From Gammaproteobacteria bacterium (GTDB lineage Bacteria; Pseudomonadota; Gammaproteobacteria; Steroidobacterales; Steroidobacteraceae), in assembly GCA_034667905.1 (NCBI GenBank), contig JAXDQK010000023.1, positions 13,467 to 77,466 on the forward strand: DNA of 64,000 nucleotides, in the 5' to 3' direction. The stretch's first letter is position 1. Every line of letters begins with the position of its first letter. Below the pieces are notes generated by a model. It was not told the DNA's origin. It saw only the letters and a list, made by a program, of their open reading frames with translations, and did not search any database. Made by a program: the position numbers and the translations under genes. This document shows, piece after piece, positions 12,209-20,591 of the stretch.

Positions 12209-13490
12209 TCCCCACCTTCAGACCTAATAAGATGCCGATACGTTCACTGATTTGTTCGACGGGGCATTCTTCTTGCGCGAGTTCCCGGCGCAACGCCTTC
12301 ACGGCCACCACCCCCCGCGCCGCCTCGTCATCTCCCAGCACGAGAGCAAAGTCCGCGCCGCTCTTGTCGGCGCGCTTGAATTGCGTCTTGAAACTGCCGC
12401 CGCCCATATTGATCTGCAAAGCCAGCTCCGGCCACGCATCGCGTAACCGTTCCGCCAGATTCAGTCCCGGGAGTTCCGCGCGTTCCCCGACCATCACCAC
12501 GTAGACTTGCGGCCTGTTCTTCAGCGGCCCCAAGCTCAGCTTTTGCAGAAGCATGACAATGCGCTCTTGCCCCATGGCCCAGCCGATTCCCGGCGTGTCA
12601 ACGCCACCCAGCTGCGCGACCAGGCCATCGTAGCGGCCGCCAGCGCATACCGTGCCCTGCGAGCCGAGCGCGTCCGTGGTCCACTCGAAAACCGTGCGCG
12701 TGTAGTAATCAAGGCCGCGCACCAAATGCGGCTCGACATGATACGCGATGCCGGCGCTGCCCAACTGCGCGCACAAAGACTCGAAATGGCGGCGTGACTC
12801 CTGGTCCAAAGAATCGAGCAAAAGCGGTGCACCGGCGATGATGCGCCGCATATCCGGGTTTTTGCTGTCGAGAATGCGCAACGGATTGCCGGCCAATCGC
12901 CGCTTGCTATCCTCGTCCAGGGATGCTTCGTGGGCGCCGAAATACGCTGTCAGCTTCTCGCGGTAGATCGCTCGCGAGGTCGGCGTCCCCAGCGAGTTCA
13001 CCAGCAGCTTCACGTCCTTGAGGCCCAGCAGCTTGAGCAGCCTCGCCGACAGGAGAATCATTTCCGCATCGATGTCGGGTCCTTCGAATCCGAAGGCTTC
13101 GGCATCGATTTGATGAAATTGGCGATAGCGCCCCGCTTGCGGACGCTCGCGGCGAAACATCGGTCCCATGCACCATACGCGAAGGCGTCCTTCGCGAAGC
13201 AAACCGTTCGAAATGACGGCACGCACGATGCCGGCGGTCGCCTCGGGACGCAAAGTGATGTGATCCTCACCCTGATCGATGAAGCTGAACATTTCTTTCT
13301 CGACGATGTCCGTAAAATCGCCAATCGAGCGTTTGAATAGTTCGGTTTGCTCGATCACCGGCACGCGGAACTCGTCGTAGCCATAACTGGCGAATACTTG
13401 GCGGGTGACGCGCTCCAAGTGTTGCCAGGCGGCAATTTGCGCGGGCAATACGTCATGCACGCCGCGCAGTGGCTCGATGATCTTGGTCAC
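12195..13490 (-). CDS. hisS: Histidine--tRNA ligase
   Basis: Class II aaRS motifs: RLRVWCMGPMFRRERPQAGRYRQFHQ, GGRYDGL, RGLDYYTRTVFEW. 431 aa. Confidence 0.96.
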   Translation of the reverse strand: MTKIIEPLRGVHDVLPAQIAAWQHLERVTRQVFASYGYDEFRVPVIEQTELFKRSIGDFTDIVEKEMFSFIDQGEDHITLRPEATAGIVRAVISNGLLREGRLRVWCMGPMFRRERPQAGRYRQFHQIDAEAFGFEGPDIDAEMILLSARLLKLLGLKDVKLLVNSLGTPTSRAIYREKLTAYFGAHEASLDEDSKRRLAGNPLRILDSKNPDMRRIIAGAPLLLDSLDQESRRHFESLCAQLGSAGIAYHVEPHLVRGLDYYTRTVFEWTTDALGSQGTVCAGGRYDGLVAQLGGVDTPGIGWAMGQERIVMLLQKLSLGPLKNRPQVYVVMVGERAELPGLNLAERLRDAWPELALQINMGGGSFKTQFKRADKSGADFALVLGDDEAARGVVAVKALRRELAQEECPVEQISERIGILLGLKVGNDHG

Positions 13491-13498
13491 GAGTCAGC

Positions 13499-14473
13499 TC
13501 AGCCGGGCGGGCGCGAATTGCGCGACGGCGGCGCACGGGTCTGATCGATTCGCGAAGGCTCGCTACGCGAGTCGCGCCGCAGCACACCGTCGGCGCCGGC
13601 TTCGAATCGAGCCACATCGCCCGCAAAAAATTGCGGGCCGATCGCAACGGCGCGGTCGTTGATTTCCAGCTGTACGCCGCTGCCGAAGCCCAGATACACC
13701 CGTAACGGGGCGGCGCCGGCGATTGTCTTGACGCTATTGGCCAGCCCATTGCCGGCGAAAGTGCGCCGGCCGCTGGCATCGTGCACATCCACCCAGGAGT
13801 CGGCTGAAAAGCTCAAGCGCAATCTGGCCCGCCCAGCACCGGGGGTGGTACCCGGTGCGGTGGCGCCCGGTACGGCTGCGGCACCCAGCGAGGCTGCCGT
13901 ACTCGCGGTACCGGCGCTGGGGGCGGCGCCGGTGGTGTCCGGCGCTGCAGCTGTAGGTCCGCCAGTCTCCGCAGGCGTGTCGCGCGCATCCATCGTCTCC
14001 GTGGTCGCTTGCGTGGTTTGTGCTGGCGCAGCGGCCGCCGGCGCCGTGCTGGTCATCGGCGGCTTGGGGCGCTGATGCCAGGGCCTCCACAGCAGCACGC
14101 CGGCCACTAACGCCGCGGCGAACAGGCCGACAAAGATTTGCACCGGCGACCAATTGCCGAAGCTCGTTCCCTCCTCGCGCGTGGTCAAGAGCATGCTCGG
14201 TCCGGCAGAGGTAATCTCGATCGGGCCAGGTGGACGTGATTCGTATCCGGCCATGATCTCGCCGGCGGGCAAGCCCAGTAACGCAGCGTACTTCTTCAAA
14301 TGGCCCTTGGCGTATACCGTAGGGCCGATGCGCTTGTAATCGTCCGCCTCGAGCGCATCGATCACCCATCGATCCAAGTGCATCTCATCGGCTGCCTTTT
14401 GGGCACTCAGCCCGCGCCGTTCCCGCTCAGCCTTGAGCCTCGGGCCTGGAAGCGTCCCGGCAGCCTCCGTCAT
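13499..14473 (-). CDS. rodZ: Cytoskeleton protein RodZ (HTH + TM + DUF4115)
   Basis: N-terminal XRE-type HTH (LKAERERRGLSAQKAADEMHL), a central TM, a Pro/Ala/Thr-rich linker and a C-terminal DUF4115-like segment (RLRLSFSADSWVDVHDASGR...LRVYLGFGSGVQLEINDRAV). Confidence 0.85.
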   Translation of the reverse strand: MTEAAGTLPGPRLKAERERRGLSAQKAADEMHLDRWVIDALEADDYKRIGPTVYAKGHLKKYAALLGLPAGEIMAGYESRPPGPIEITSAGPSMLLTTREEGTSFGNWSPVQIFVGLFAAALVAGVLLWRPWHQRPKPPMTSTAPAAAAPAQTTQATTETMDARDTPAETGGPTAAAPDTTGAAPSAGTASTAASLGAAAVPGATAPGTTPGAGRARLRLSFSADSWVDVHDASGRRTFAGNGLANSVKTIAGAAPLRVYLGFGSGVQLEINDRAVAIGPQFFAGDVARFEAGADGVLRRDSRSEPSRIDQTRAPPSRNSRPPG

Positions 14474-15261
14474 CGGTCGATACCGCTGCGCATGCTTTGC
14501 GCCTGCTCGGAGTTCGGAAATTCAGTCTGTACGCGGCGCGCGTATACGGCTGCGGCAACCGCATCGCCCAGCTTGCGCTGCGCACGGAAGCCCAGCCACA
14601 GCACCTCCGGCGTGGGCGGGTTCACGGCAAGATAGCGCTGCACGATATCGAGGGCCTGCCCCGAATCGCCGCGGTCGAATGCCACGTTGCCCTGTTGCAG
14701 CAGCCCCTCGGGCATGTTCGGACGAATCGCCAGCGCGCGGGTAAAATAGCGGTCAGCATCCAACAGATTGCCGGCGCTGCGCACGCAAACGCCGGCGTTC
14801 ACGAGTGCCACTTCCGGCGTCTGGTACAGGGGATTGCGCGCCACCTCATTGAATAGCTTTTCGCCGGCCGCCGTTTTGCCCGTGCGACACAAAAAGCCGG
14901 CGAAGGCGCCGGAAATATTCGGATCGTTCTTGCCCAGACGAGTGGCGTTTTCGTAGGCACGTTCCGCCTTGGCCATTTCGTTGACGCGCTCGTAAACCAG
15001 GCCGGCCGTTTCTTGAACATAAGGATTGCCGCCATCCTCTTTGAGCGCGCGCTCGATGCTTTCGCGTGCCGTCGCCAGCTTGCCCATCTTCATGTACTCG
15101 AGCGCCAGCTGCATATTCGCCTGGGCGGCTTGGACAGGATCCTTCTTGTAGTTTCGAGTCGGCCGCTGGTAGACCGGCTGGCTGTGGCAAGCACTCAAGG
15201 CAAACGCCACGATCAATGCCAGCCAGGGTGCCGCCCGAAGTGACTTCGAATGCAAATTCAT
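14470..15261 (-). CDS. pilW: Type IV pilus biogenesis/stability lipoprotein PilW (PilF), TPR
   Basis: ORF 14470..15354 trimmed to ATG 15261 (MNLHSKSLRAAPWLALIVAFALSAC, lipobox), which overlaps the rlmN TGA. TPR repeats throughout. Position between rlmN and rodZ matches Pseudomonas. Confidence 0.8.
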   Translation of the reverse strand: MNLHSKSLRAAPWLALIVAFALSACHSQPVYQRPTRNYKKDPVQAAQANMQLALEYMKMGKLATARESIERALKEDGGNPYVQETAGLVYERVNEMAKAERAYENATRLGKNDPNISGAFAGFLCRTGKTAAGEKLFNEVARNPLYQTPEVALVNAGVCVRSAGNLLDADRYFTRALAIRPNMPEGLLQQGNVAFDRGDSGQALDIVQRYLAVNPPTPEVLWLGFRAQRKLGDAVAAAVYARRVQTEFPNSEQAQSMRSGIDR

Positions 15262-16391
15262 TGGATTTCCACCTGACTGCGCGACACCGTGGGTAGTCTC
15301 GTCCCGAGCCGCACGAGCGTGCGGTCCGTGACCCTGCCCGCCAATTGACCGCACGCCGCCTCGATGTCATCGCCGCGCGTTCGACGAGTCGTAGCGATGA
15401 CGCCGTGCTCATTCAGGATGTCGCGGAACTTCACGATGACCGCGGCAGAGGAGCGGCGATAGCGGGTCCCCGGGAACACATTGAATGGAATCAGGTTGAG
15501 TTTTGCCGGATGACCCTGCATCAGACGGGCAAGTTGCCGCGCATGCTCTGGTTTGTCGTTCACGCCGTCGAGCATTACGTATTCGAATGTGATGCTGCGG
15601 CCGTTTTGCTGATCGATGTAGTGCCAGCACGCGTCAAGCAATTCCGCGATCGGATGTTTCCGATTGATGGGCACGAGTTCATTGCGCAGCTCATCGTTCG
15701 GCGCATGCAAGGAAACGGCCAACGCGACATTGCACTCTTCGGCTAATTTGTAGATCTGCGGCACCAATCCCGAGGTGCTCAAAGTGACACGGCGCCGCGA
15801 TAAATCGTAGCCCAAGTCGTCCATGAAAATCCGCATGGCCGGAAGCACATTGCGATAATTGGCTAGCGGTTCACCCATGCCCATGAATACGATATTCGTG
15901 ATGCTGCGCCGGCCTTCCTCCGCCGCTTGAGGGCTTGATTCGGCCAACTCGCGCTGCGCCAGCCAGACCTGGCCCACGATTTCCGCCGCACTCAAGTTGC
16001 GGTTGAATCCTTGCTGTGCAGTGGCGCAAAAGGTGCAGTCCATCGCGCATCCCACCTGGCTGGAGATGCACAAGGTACCCCTGTCCGGCTCAGGAATGTA
16101 GACGGTTTCGATGCCTTGGACCTCATCCATGCGCAGCATCCATTTGCGCGTTCCGTCCTTCGACACTTGTTCGGTCACGATCTGAGGCACGGTGATTTCC
16201 GCGATCTCGCTTAAACGCGCACGAAACTCCTGCTTAAGGTCGGTCATGCGGGAAAAATCAGAGGCACCGCGTCGGTACATCCACTTCATCAGCTGGCGGG
16301 CACGAAACGGCTTCGCACCGAGACGTGTCGCGACGAACGTCTCGAGCTGCGCGCGGGGAAGACCCAGCAAATTCACGCGTTCGCTCGACAC
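15258..16391 (-). CDS. rlmN: 23S rRNA/tRNA (adenine-C2)-methyltransferase RlmN, radical SAM
   Basis: Radical-SAM cluster motif CAMDCTFCAT, GMGEPLAN, C-terminal catalytic Cys region (DDIEAACGQL). 377 aa. Confidence 0.95.
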   Translation of the reverse strand: MSSERVNLLGLPRAQLETFVATRLGAKPFRARQLMKWMYRRGASDFSRMTDLKQEFRARLSEIAEITVPQIVTEQVSKDGTRKWMLRMDEVQGIETVYIPEPDRGTLCISSQVGCAMDCTFCATAQQGFNRNLSAAEIVGQVWLAQRELAESSPQAAEEGRRSITNIVFMGMGEPLANYRNVLPAMRIFMDDLGYDLSRRRVTLSTSGLVPQIYKLAEECNVALAVSLHAPNDELRNELVPINRKHPIAELLDACWHYIDQQNGRSITFEYVMLDGVNDKPEHARQLARLMQGHPAKLNLIPFNVFPGTRYRRSSAAVIVKFRDILNEHGVIATTRRTRGDDIEAACGQLAGRVTDRTLVRLGTRLPTVSRSQVEIQ

Positions 16392-16414
16392 TTGAGGTCC
16401 CCTTTGCCGCTACG

Positions 16415-16846
16415 CTAACGCGTACGCGGACACAGCTCGGTTTCACGGAAGAAATAACCGATCTCGCGCGCTGCCGTATCGGGAGCATCGGACCCGTGAA
16501 CAATATTCTCATCGATGCTGGTGGCAAGGTCCGCACGAATCGTCCCGTTGGCAGCTTTCTTTGGGTCCGTGGCGCCCATGACCTCGCGATTTTTCGCGAT
16601 GGCATTTTCGCCCTCGAGCACTTGAACCATCACCGGACCTGATGTCATGAAGCGGACCAGGTCTTTGAAAAACGGCCGCTCACGATGCACCGCGTAAAAC
16701 CCCTCCGCTTCCGGTTGCGACAACTGCATCATGCGCGCCGCGACCACTTTCAAACCCGCTTGCTCGAAACGCCGATAGACCTCGCCGATAAGATTACGCC
16801 CGACGCCGTCTGGCTTAACGATGGATAGGGTTCGCTCGATGGACAT
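16415..16846 (-). CDS. ndk: Nucleoside-diphosphate kinase
   Basis: ORF trimmed to ATG 16846 ([15 protein letters not shown]) with GAGG Shine-Dalgarno 7 nt upstream. Active-site NIVHGSD. 143 aa. Confidence 0.96.
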   Translation of the reverse strand: MSIERTLSIVKPDGVGRNLIGEVYRRFEQAGLKVVAARMMQLSQPEAEGFYAVHRERPFFKDLVRFMTSGPVMVQVLEGENAIAKNREVMGATDPKKAANGTIRADLATSIDENIVHGSDAPDTAAREIGYFFRETELCPRTR

Positions 16847-17014
16847 TACAACCTCGCTCAAATGGACGAAAATCGGCCCCGGCTTAGGACCGACAAAGAC
16901 CGCGAAGTGTACTGGACGTCAAGCGCTCTAGCAATCACGATGATTACCGAAGTGCCTGTATTTGCTTGAGAAAAACTTCGTCACCGGCGGCGTGCCGGGC
17001 GGTCCTTCAAGCGA

Positions 17015-17338
17015 TCAGACGTTGAAACTCTCGCCGCACCCGCATTCGCCCTTGGCTTTCGGGTTTTGAAACTTGAACGCCTCGTTGAGCCCCTGCTTGA
17101 CGAAATCCACCAGCGTGCCGTCGATCAAAGGCAGGCTTTGAGGATCGACGACCACCGTAACACCCCGAGCCTCGAAGACGGCGTCTTCGGGTTTAATCTC
17201 GTCTGCGTAATTGACCACGTAGGCAAACCCCGAACAACCTGTTTTCTTGATCCCAACTCTTAAACCGACGCCGATTCCGCGTTGCGCCAGATGAGTTTTG
17301 ACTCGATTGGCCGCTGATTCCGTCAGTAGTATCGCCAT
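17015..17338 (-). CDS. iscA: Iron-sulfur cluster insertion/assembly protein IscA (HesB family)
   Basis: 107 aa with the three A-type carrier cysteines ([10 protein letters not shown] ... GECGCGESF). Confidence 0.9.
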   Translation of the reverse strand: MAILLTESAANRVKTHLAQRGIGVGLRVGIKKTGCSGFAYVVNYADEIKPEDAVFEARGVTVVVDPQSLPLIDGTLVDFVKQGLNEAFKFQNPKAKGECGCGESFNV

Positions 17339-17458
17339 GCTGTGCTGTACCTCACCAAAGTTCAGCTAGAAGACACATAAATAACACGTCAAGGCCGCCC
17401 CCGCACGGAACCAGGGCTCGAATCTCCATTAATCCTCGTTCACGCCTAAAGGGGCCCA

Positions 17459-17848
17459 TCACACAGATGTGGGTGCGGCGCGGCAGTAGTCAATGGCTGC
17501 GGCTGCAGCCGCACGCCATGCATCTTCGATGATGAGCAGGCGGCCCGTTTTTTCGACGGGCAGTGCAAATCGGGCGCTCAAATCCCGGATGCTCTCGGGC
17601 AGCCCGGGCTCGACGGTCTTTCCCGCTGCTTGGCTCGCCAGCCAAGAGGCGATGGCAATGGTATGGGGACACCCATACGCCAGGAATCGCACCATCTGGA
17701 TCGTCCCGGCTTCCGCTTGCAGGTCGAATTGTACCCAAACCCCCTGTTCGCGGTTACCGGCTGCGCCGCGGAACACGCCCGGACCGGACAGTTCGCCGAC
17801 ATTCGTCGGCAAATCAAAATAACGGCGCGTCAAATCGTTGTATTTCAC
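17459..17848 (-). CDS. IscU/NifU-N-like protein, degenerate (lacks 2 of 3 cluster-ligand Cys)
   Basis: Aligns by eye with E. coli IscU (YENPRNVG / FDLPTNVG; FKTYGCGSAIASS / FLAYGCPHTIAIAS; ILAEDAIKAAIADY / IIEDAWRAAAAAAIDY). The Cys37/Asp39 region reads GNREQGVW and His105-Cys106 reads GR. ATG overlaps the iscS stop. Confidence 0.75.
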   Translation of the reverse strand: MKYNDLTRRYFDLPTNVGELSGPGVFRGAAGNREQGVWVQFDLQAEAGTIQMVRFLAYGCPHTIAIASWLASQAAGKTVEPGLPESIRDLSARFALPVEKTGRLLIIEDAWRAAAAAAIDYCRAAPTSV

Positions 17849-19035
17849 GATTCGGCTGCCGATGCGGTTGCGCCGCCGGCAATTCTCCGCAGCCGGGACA
17901 CTTCGCGCGATAAAATCTCCACCGCCGCATCGATGTCCTCCTCCCGGGTAGGGCGGCCCAGCCCGAATCGTAGACTGCTTTCGCTCAAGCGATCGCTGCG
18001 GCCCAGCGCGCGCAATACGTAAGAGGGCTCCGCCAAGGCCGACGTACAGGCCGATCCCGTCGACACGGCCAAATGCGGCCGAACCGCGGCAAGCAAGCTT
18101 TCGCCTTCCACGCCTTCGAACGACACGTTGAGCAAATGCGGCACAGAATGCACAAGGCTACCGTTGCGCAACACGCCACCAATGCGCGCCAATCCTTCCC
18201 ATAATCGGCGCTGCAGTTGCGCAATGCGCGCAGTTTCCGTAGACGACATCGTGGATGCCAACTTGTACGCCAGTCCCATCCCCACGACTTGATGCGTCGC
18301 CACTGTTCCCGCTCGCAAGGCCCGTTCCTGACCGCCGCCGTATTGCAAGGGTGTGAGGTGAACACGCGGCGACACCACCAGCGCGCCCACCCCTTTGGGG
18401 CCGTATACCTTGTGAGCTGAAAGAGACATCAAATCGATGCCAAGATTTGCGAAATCGATGGGGCACTTCCCGACACTTTGCGCCGCATCGACATGCAGCC
18501 AAGCGCCGTGACGTCTGCAGATCGCGCTGATGGCGCCGATATTTTGAACCACGCCAATCTCATTATTGACATGCATGATGGACACCAGCACGGTATCTGC
18601 GCGCAATGAGCGGGCAATTTGCTCAGCTTCCAATAATCCATCGCGATCCGGCACCAGATAGGACACCGTCCAGCCGCGGCGCTCCAGCTCGCGGCACGCA
18701 TCGAGCACCGCCTTATGCTCCGTTCGGGAGGTGATGATGTGGCGGCCGCGTTCGCGGTAGTACTGAGCGATGCCAAAGAGGGCCAGGTTATTCGCCTCGG
18801 TGGCCCCCGAAGTCCAAATCACCTCGCTCGCAGCGCTTCCCACCGAGGCTGCTACCTGCGCGCGCGCCTCATCGACAAGGGCGTTGGCCGCATCGCCGAA
18901 AGAATGGCTCACCGATGCCGGATTGCCGAACTCAGTCTGGGAACTCAAGATCTCCGCCATGCGCGCGGCCACGCGCGAATCGAGCGGCGTGGTCGAGGCA
19001 TGGTCAAGATACACCGGTACTACCGCTGCCTTCAT
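17845..19035 (-). CDS. iscS: Cysteine desulfurase, IscS/NifS type (class V aminotransferase)
   Basis: PLP-lysine motif SAHKVYGPKGVGAL. Active-site loop TGSACTSALAEPSYVLRALG is nearly identical to E. coli IscS. 396 aa. Overlaps the trmJ stop by 4 nt. Confidence 0.92.
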   Translation of the reverse strand: MKAAVVPVYLDHASTTPLDSRVAARMAEILSSQTEFGNPASVSHSFGDAANALVDEARAQVAASVGSAASEVIWTSGATEANNLALFGIAQYYRERGRHIITSRTEHKAVLDACRELERRGWTVSYLVPDRDGLLEAEQIARSLRADTVLVSIMHVNNEIGVVQNIGAISAICRRHGAWLHVDAAQSVGKCPIDFANLGIDLMSLSAHKVYGPKGVGALVVSPRVHLTPLQYGGGQERALRAGTVATHQVVGMGLAYKLASTMSSTETARIAQLQRRLWEGLARIGGVLRNGSLVHSVPHLLNVSFEGVEGESLLAAVRPHLAVSTGSACTSALAEPSYVLRALGRSDRLSESSLRFGLGRPTREEDIDAAVEILSREVSRLRRIAGGATASAAES

Positions 19036-19760
19036 TTGGAGCGCTGCGCCGACTGGCCCCGCCTGCCCTGCACCGCGCTCAATATCCCGCGCATGATGTT
19101 GAGCTCGTTGCGATCAAGCTGAGCGCGGTTGAATAGGCGCCGTAAGCGCTCCATCAAGTGCCCGGTTCGATCCTCAAAATCAATTTCGTTCAACACTTGG
19201 TGCAGATGCGCGTAGAAATGTTCGACATCGCCCGATGGAGCAAGCGGCATTTCCAACTGGGTGTGCGAATGAGGCTGCTCTCGCGCCATGAAAATCTCGT
19301 ACGCAGCCAGCTGCACCGACATCGCCAGATTGAGCGAGCAATATTCCGGATTCGCCGGGATGCGCACCAGCACATTGCAATGATTCAAATCCTCCGTTGC
19401 AAGGCCGTAGCGCTCGGAGCCAAACAGCAGCGCGGCGCGATTTCCTTCCGGCAAACCGACGATGCGGCCGCCGATATCGCGCGGCGTCGTGAACTCCCAG
19501 TAATACGATCGCGGCCGCGAGGTGGTGCCGGCAATAAAGGCGCAATCGCTGATCGCCTCGGTGAGGCTGTTGACGACACGGGCTTGAGCCAGAATATCGT
19601 CCGCGCCTGCCGCGAGCGCATTGGCTTCCGCATGCGGAAATGAGCGCGGCCGCACCAGAACCAAATCCGAAAGCGCCATATTTTTCATGGCGCGCGCGAC
19701 CGAGCCGATGTTGCCGGGATGGCTGGGATCGATGAGGACGATGCGAACGAGGTTGGTCAC
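19032..19760 (-). CDS. trmJ: tRNA (cytidine/uridine-2'-O-)-methyltransferase TrmJ (SpoU family)
   Basis: GTG start. N-terminus [24 protein letters not shown] matches the TrmJ consensus ([24 protein letters not shown]). Divergent from suhB as in E. coli and Pseudomonas. Confidence 0.88.
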   Translation of the reverse strand: [242 protein letters not shown]

Positions 19761-19783
19761 AGGTGATATTCTAGCGCCACCTT

Positions 19784-20578
19784 ATGCAACCCCTGCTCAA
19801 TATCGCCATGCGTGCAGCGCGGCGCGCCGGCGATTTAATCGTTAAAAGCCTGTCGCGCCTTGATTCTTTGAAGGTCGACACCAAGGGCCGCAATGACTTC
19901 GTCACGGACATCGACCGCAAGGCCGAAGCGGATATCATCGCGACCATCCGGCGCAGTTACCCGCAGCATGCGATTCTCGCCGAAGAATCCGGCGGCAGCG
20001 GCGAGGACGAGTTTCGCTGGATCATCGACCCGCTCGACGGCACGACGAACTTTTTGCATGGTTTCCCCACTTTCGCCGTCTCGATTGCCGTGGAGCATCG
20101 GGGCCGTCTGCAACATGCCGTTGTTTATGATCCGATGCGCCAGGAATTCTTCACCGCCTCGCGCGGCGACGGCGCGCAGCTCGAAGGCAAGAAAATTCGG
20201 GTCAGCGCCCAGCGCACACTGGAGGGCGCGCTCATCGGGACGGGTTTCCCGTTTCGCGCCGGAGCCCATGTCGATGAATATCTGGCAATGCTCAAAGTCG
20301 TTATGACGACCGCAGCGGGCATTCGCCGCCCGGGCGCGGCGTCCTTGGATCTGGCCTATGTGGCGGCCGGCCGCATCGACGGCTTTTGGGAGTTCGGGCT
20401 CTCGCCGTGGGATACGGCAGCCGGCACGTTGCTCATCCAAGAAGCCGGGGGACGCGTCGGCACTCCCAGCGGTGCCGAATACGCACTTGGCGCCAATATC
20501 GTGGCCGGCAATCCGAAGGTCTACGAGGCCCTGCTCGAGGCGATCGGGCCCCTAACTCCGGCGGCGTTGCGCGTCTAG
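19784..20578 (+). CDS. suhB: Inositol monophosphatase family protein SuhB
   Basis: MQPLLNIAMRAARRAG N-terminus. Metal-binding motifs ILAEESG and WIIDPLDGTTNF, plus WDTAAG. Confidence 0.92.
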   Translation: MQPLLNIAMRAARRAGDLIVKSLSRLDSLKVDTKGRNDFVTDIDRKAEADIIATIRRSYPQHAILAEESGGSGEDEFRWIIDPLDGTTNFLHGFPTFAVSIAVEHRGRLQHAVVYDPMRQEFFTASRGDGAQLEGKKIRVSAQRTLEGALIGTGFPFRAGAHVDEYLAMLKVVMTTAAGIRRPGAASLDLAYVAAGRIDGFWEFGLSPWDTAAGTLLIQEAGGRVGTPSGAEYALGANIVAGNPKVYEALLEAIGPLTPAALRV

Positions 20579-20591
20579 GCCCCTCCCAGGT

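Noticed and set aside
13800-14060. Highly repetitive-looking GC-rich stretch, checked as a possible CRISPR array or tandem repeat
   Set aside because: It is the Ala/Pro/Thr-rich linker of RodZ (coding low complexity). There are no regularly spaced identical repeats. The same holds for 7000-7150 (the DUF748 linker) and 4200-4330 (the bactofilin N-terminus).
16975-17012. Candidate terminator after iscA (GC-rich segment followed by TTTTT on the minus strand)
   Set aside because: I could only pair a 5-bp stem (CCGGC/GCCGG), which is too weak to call without an energy calculation.
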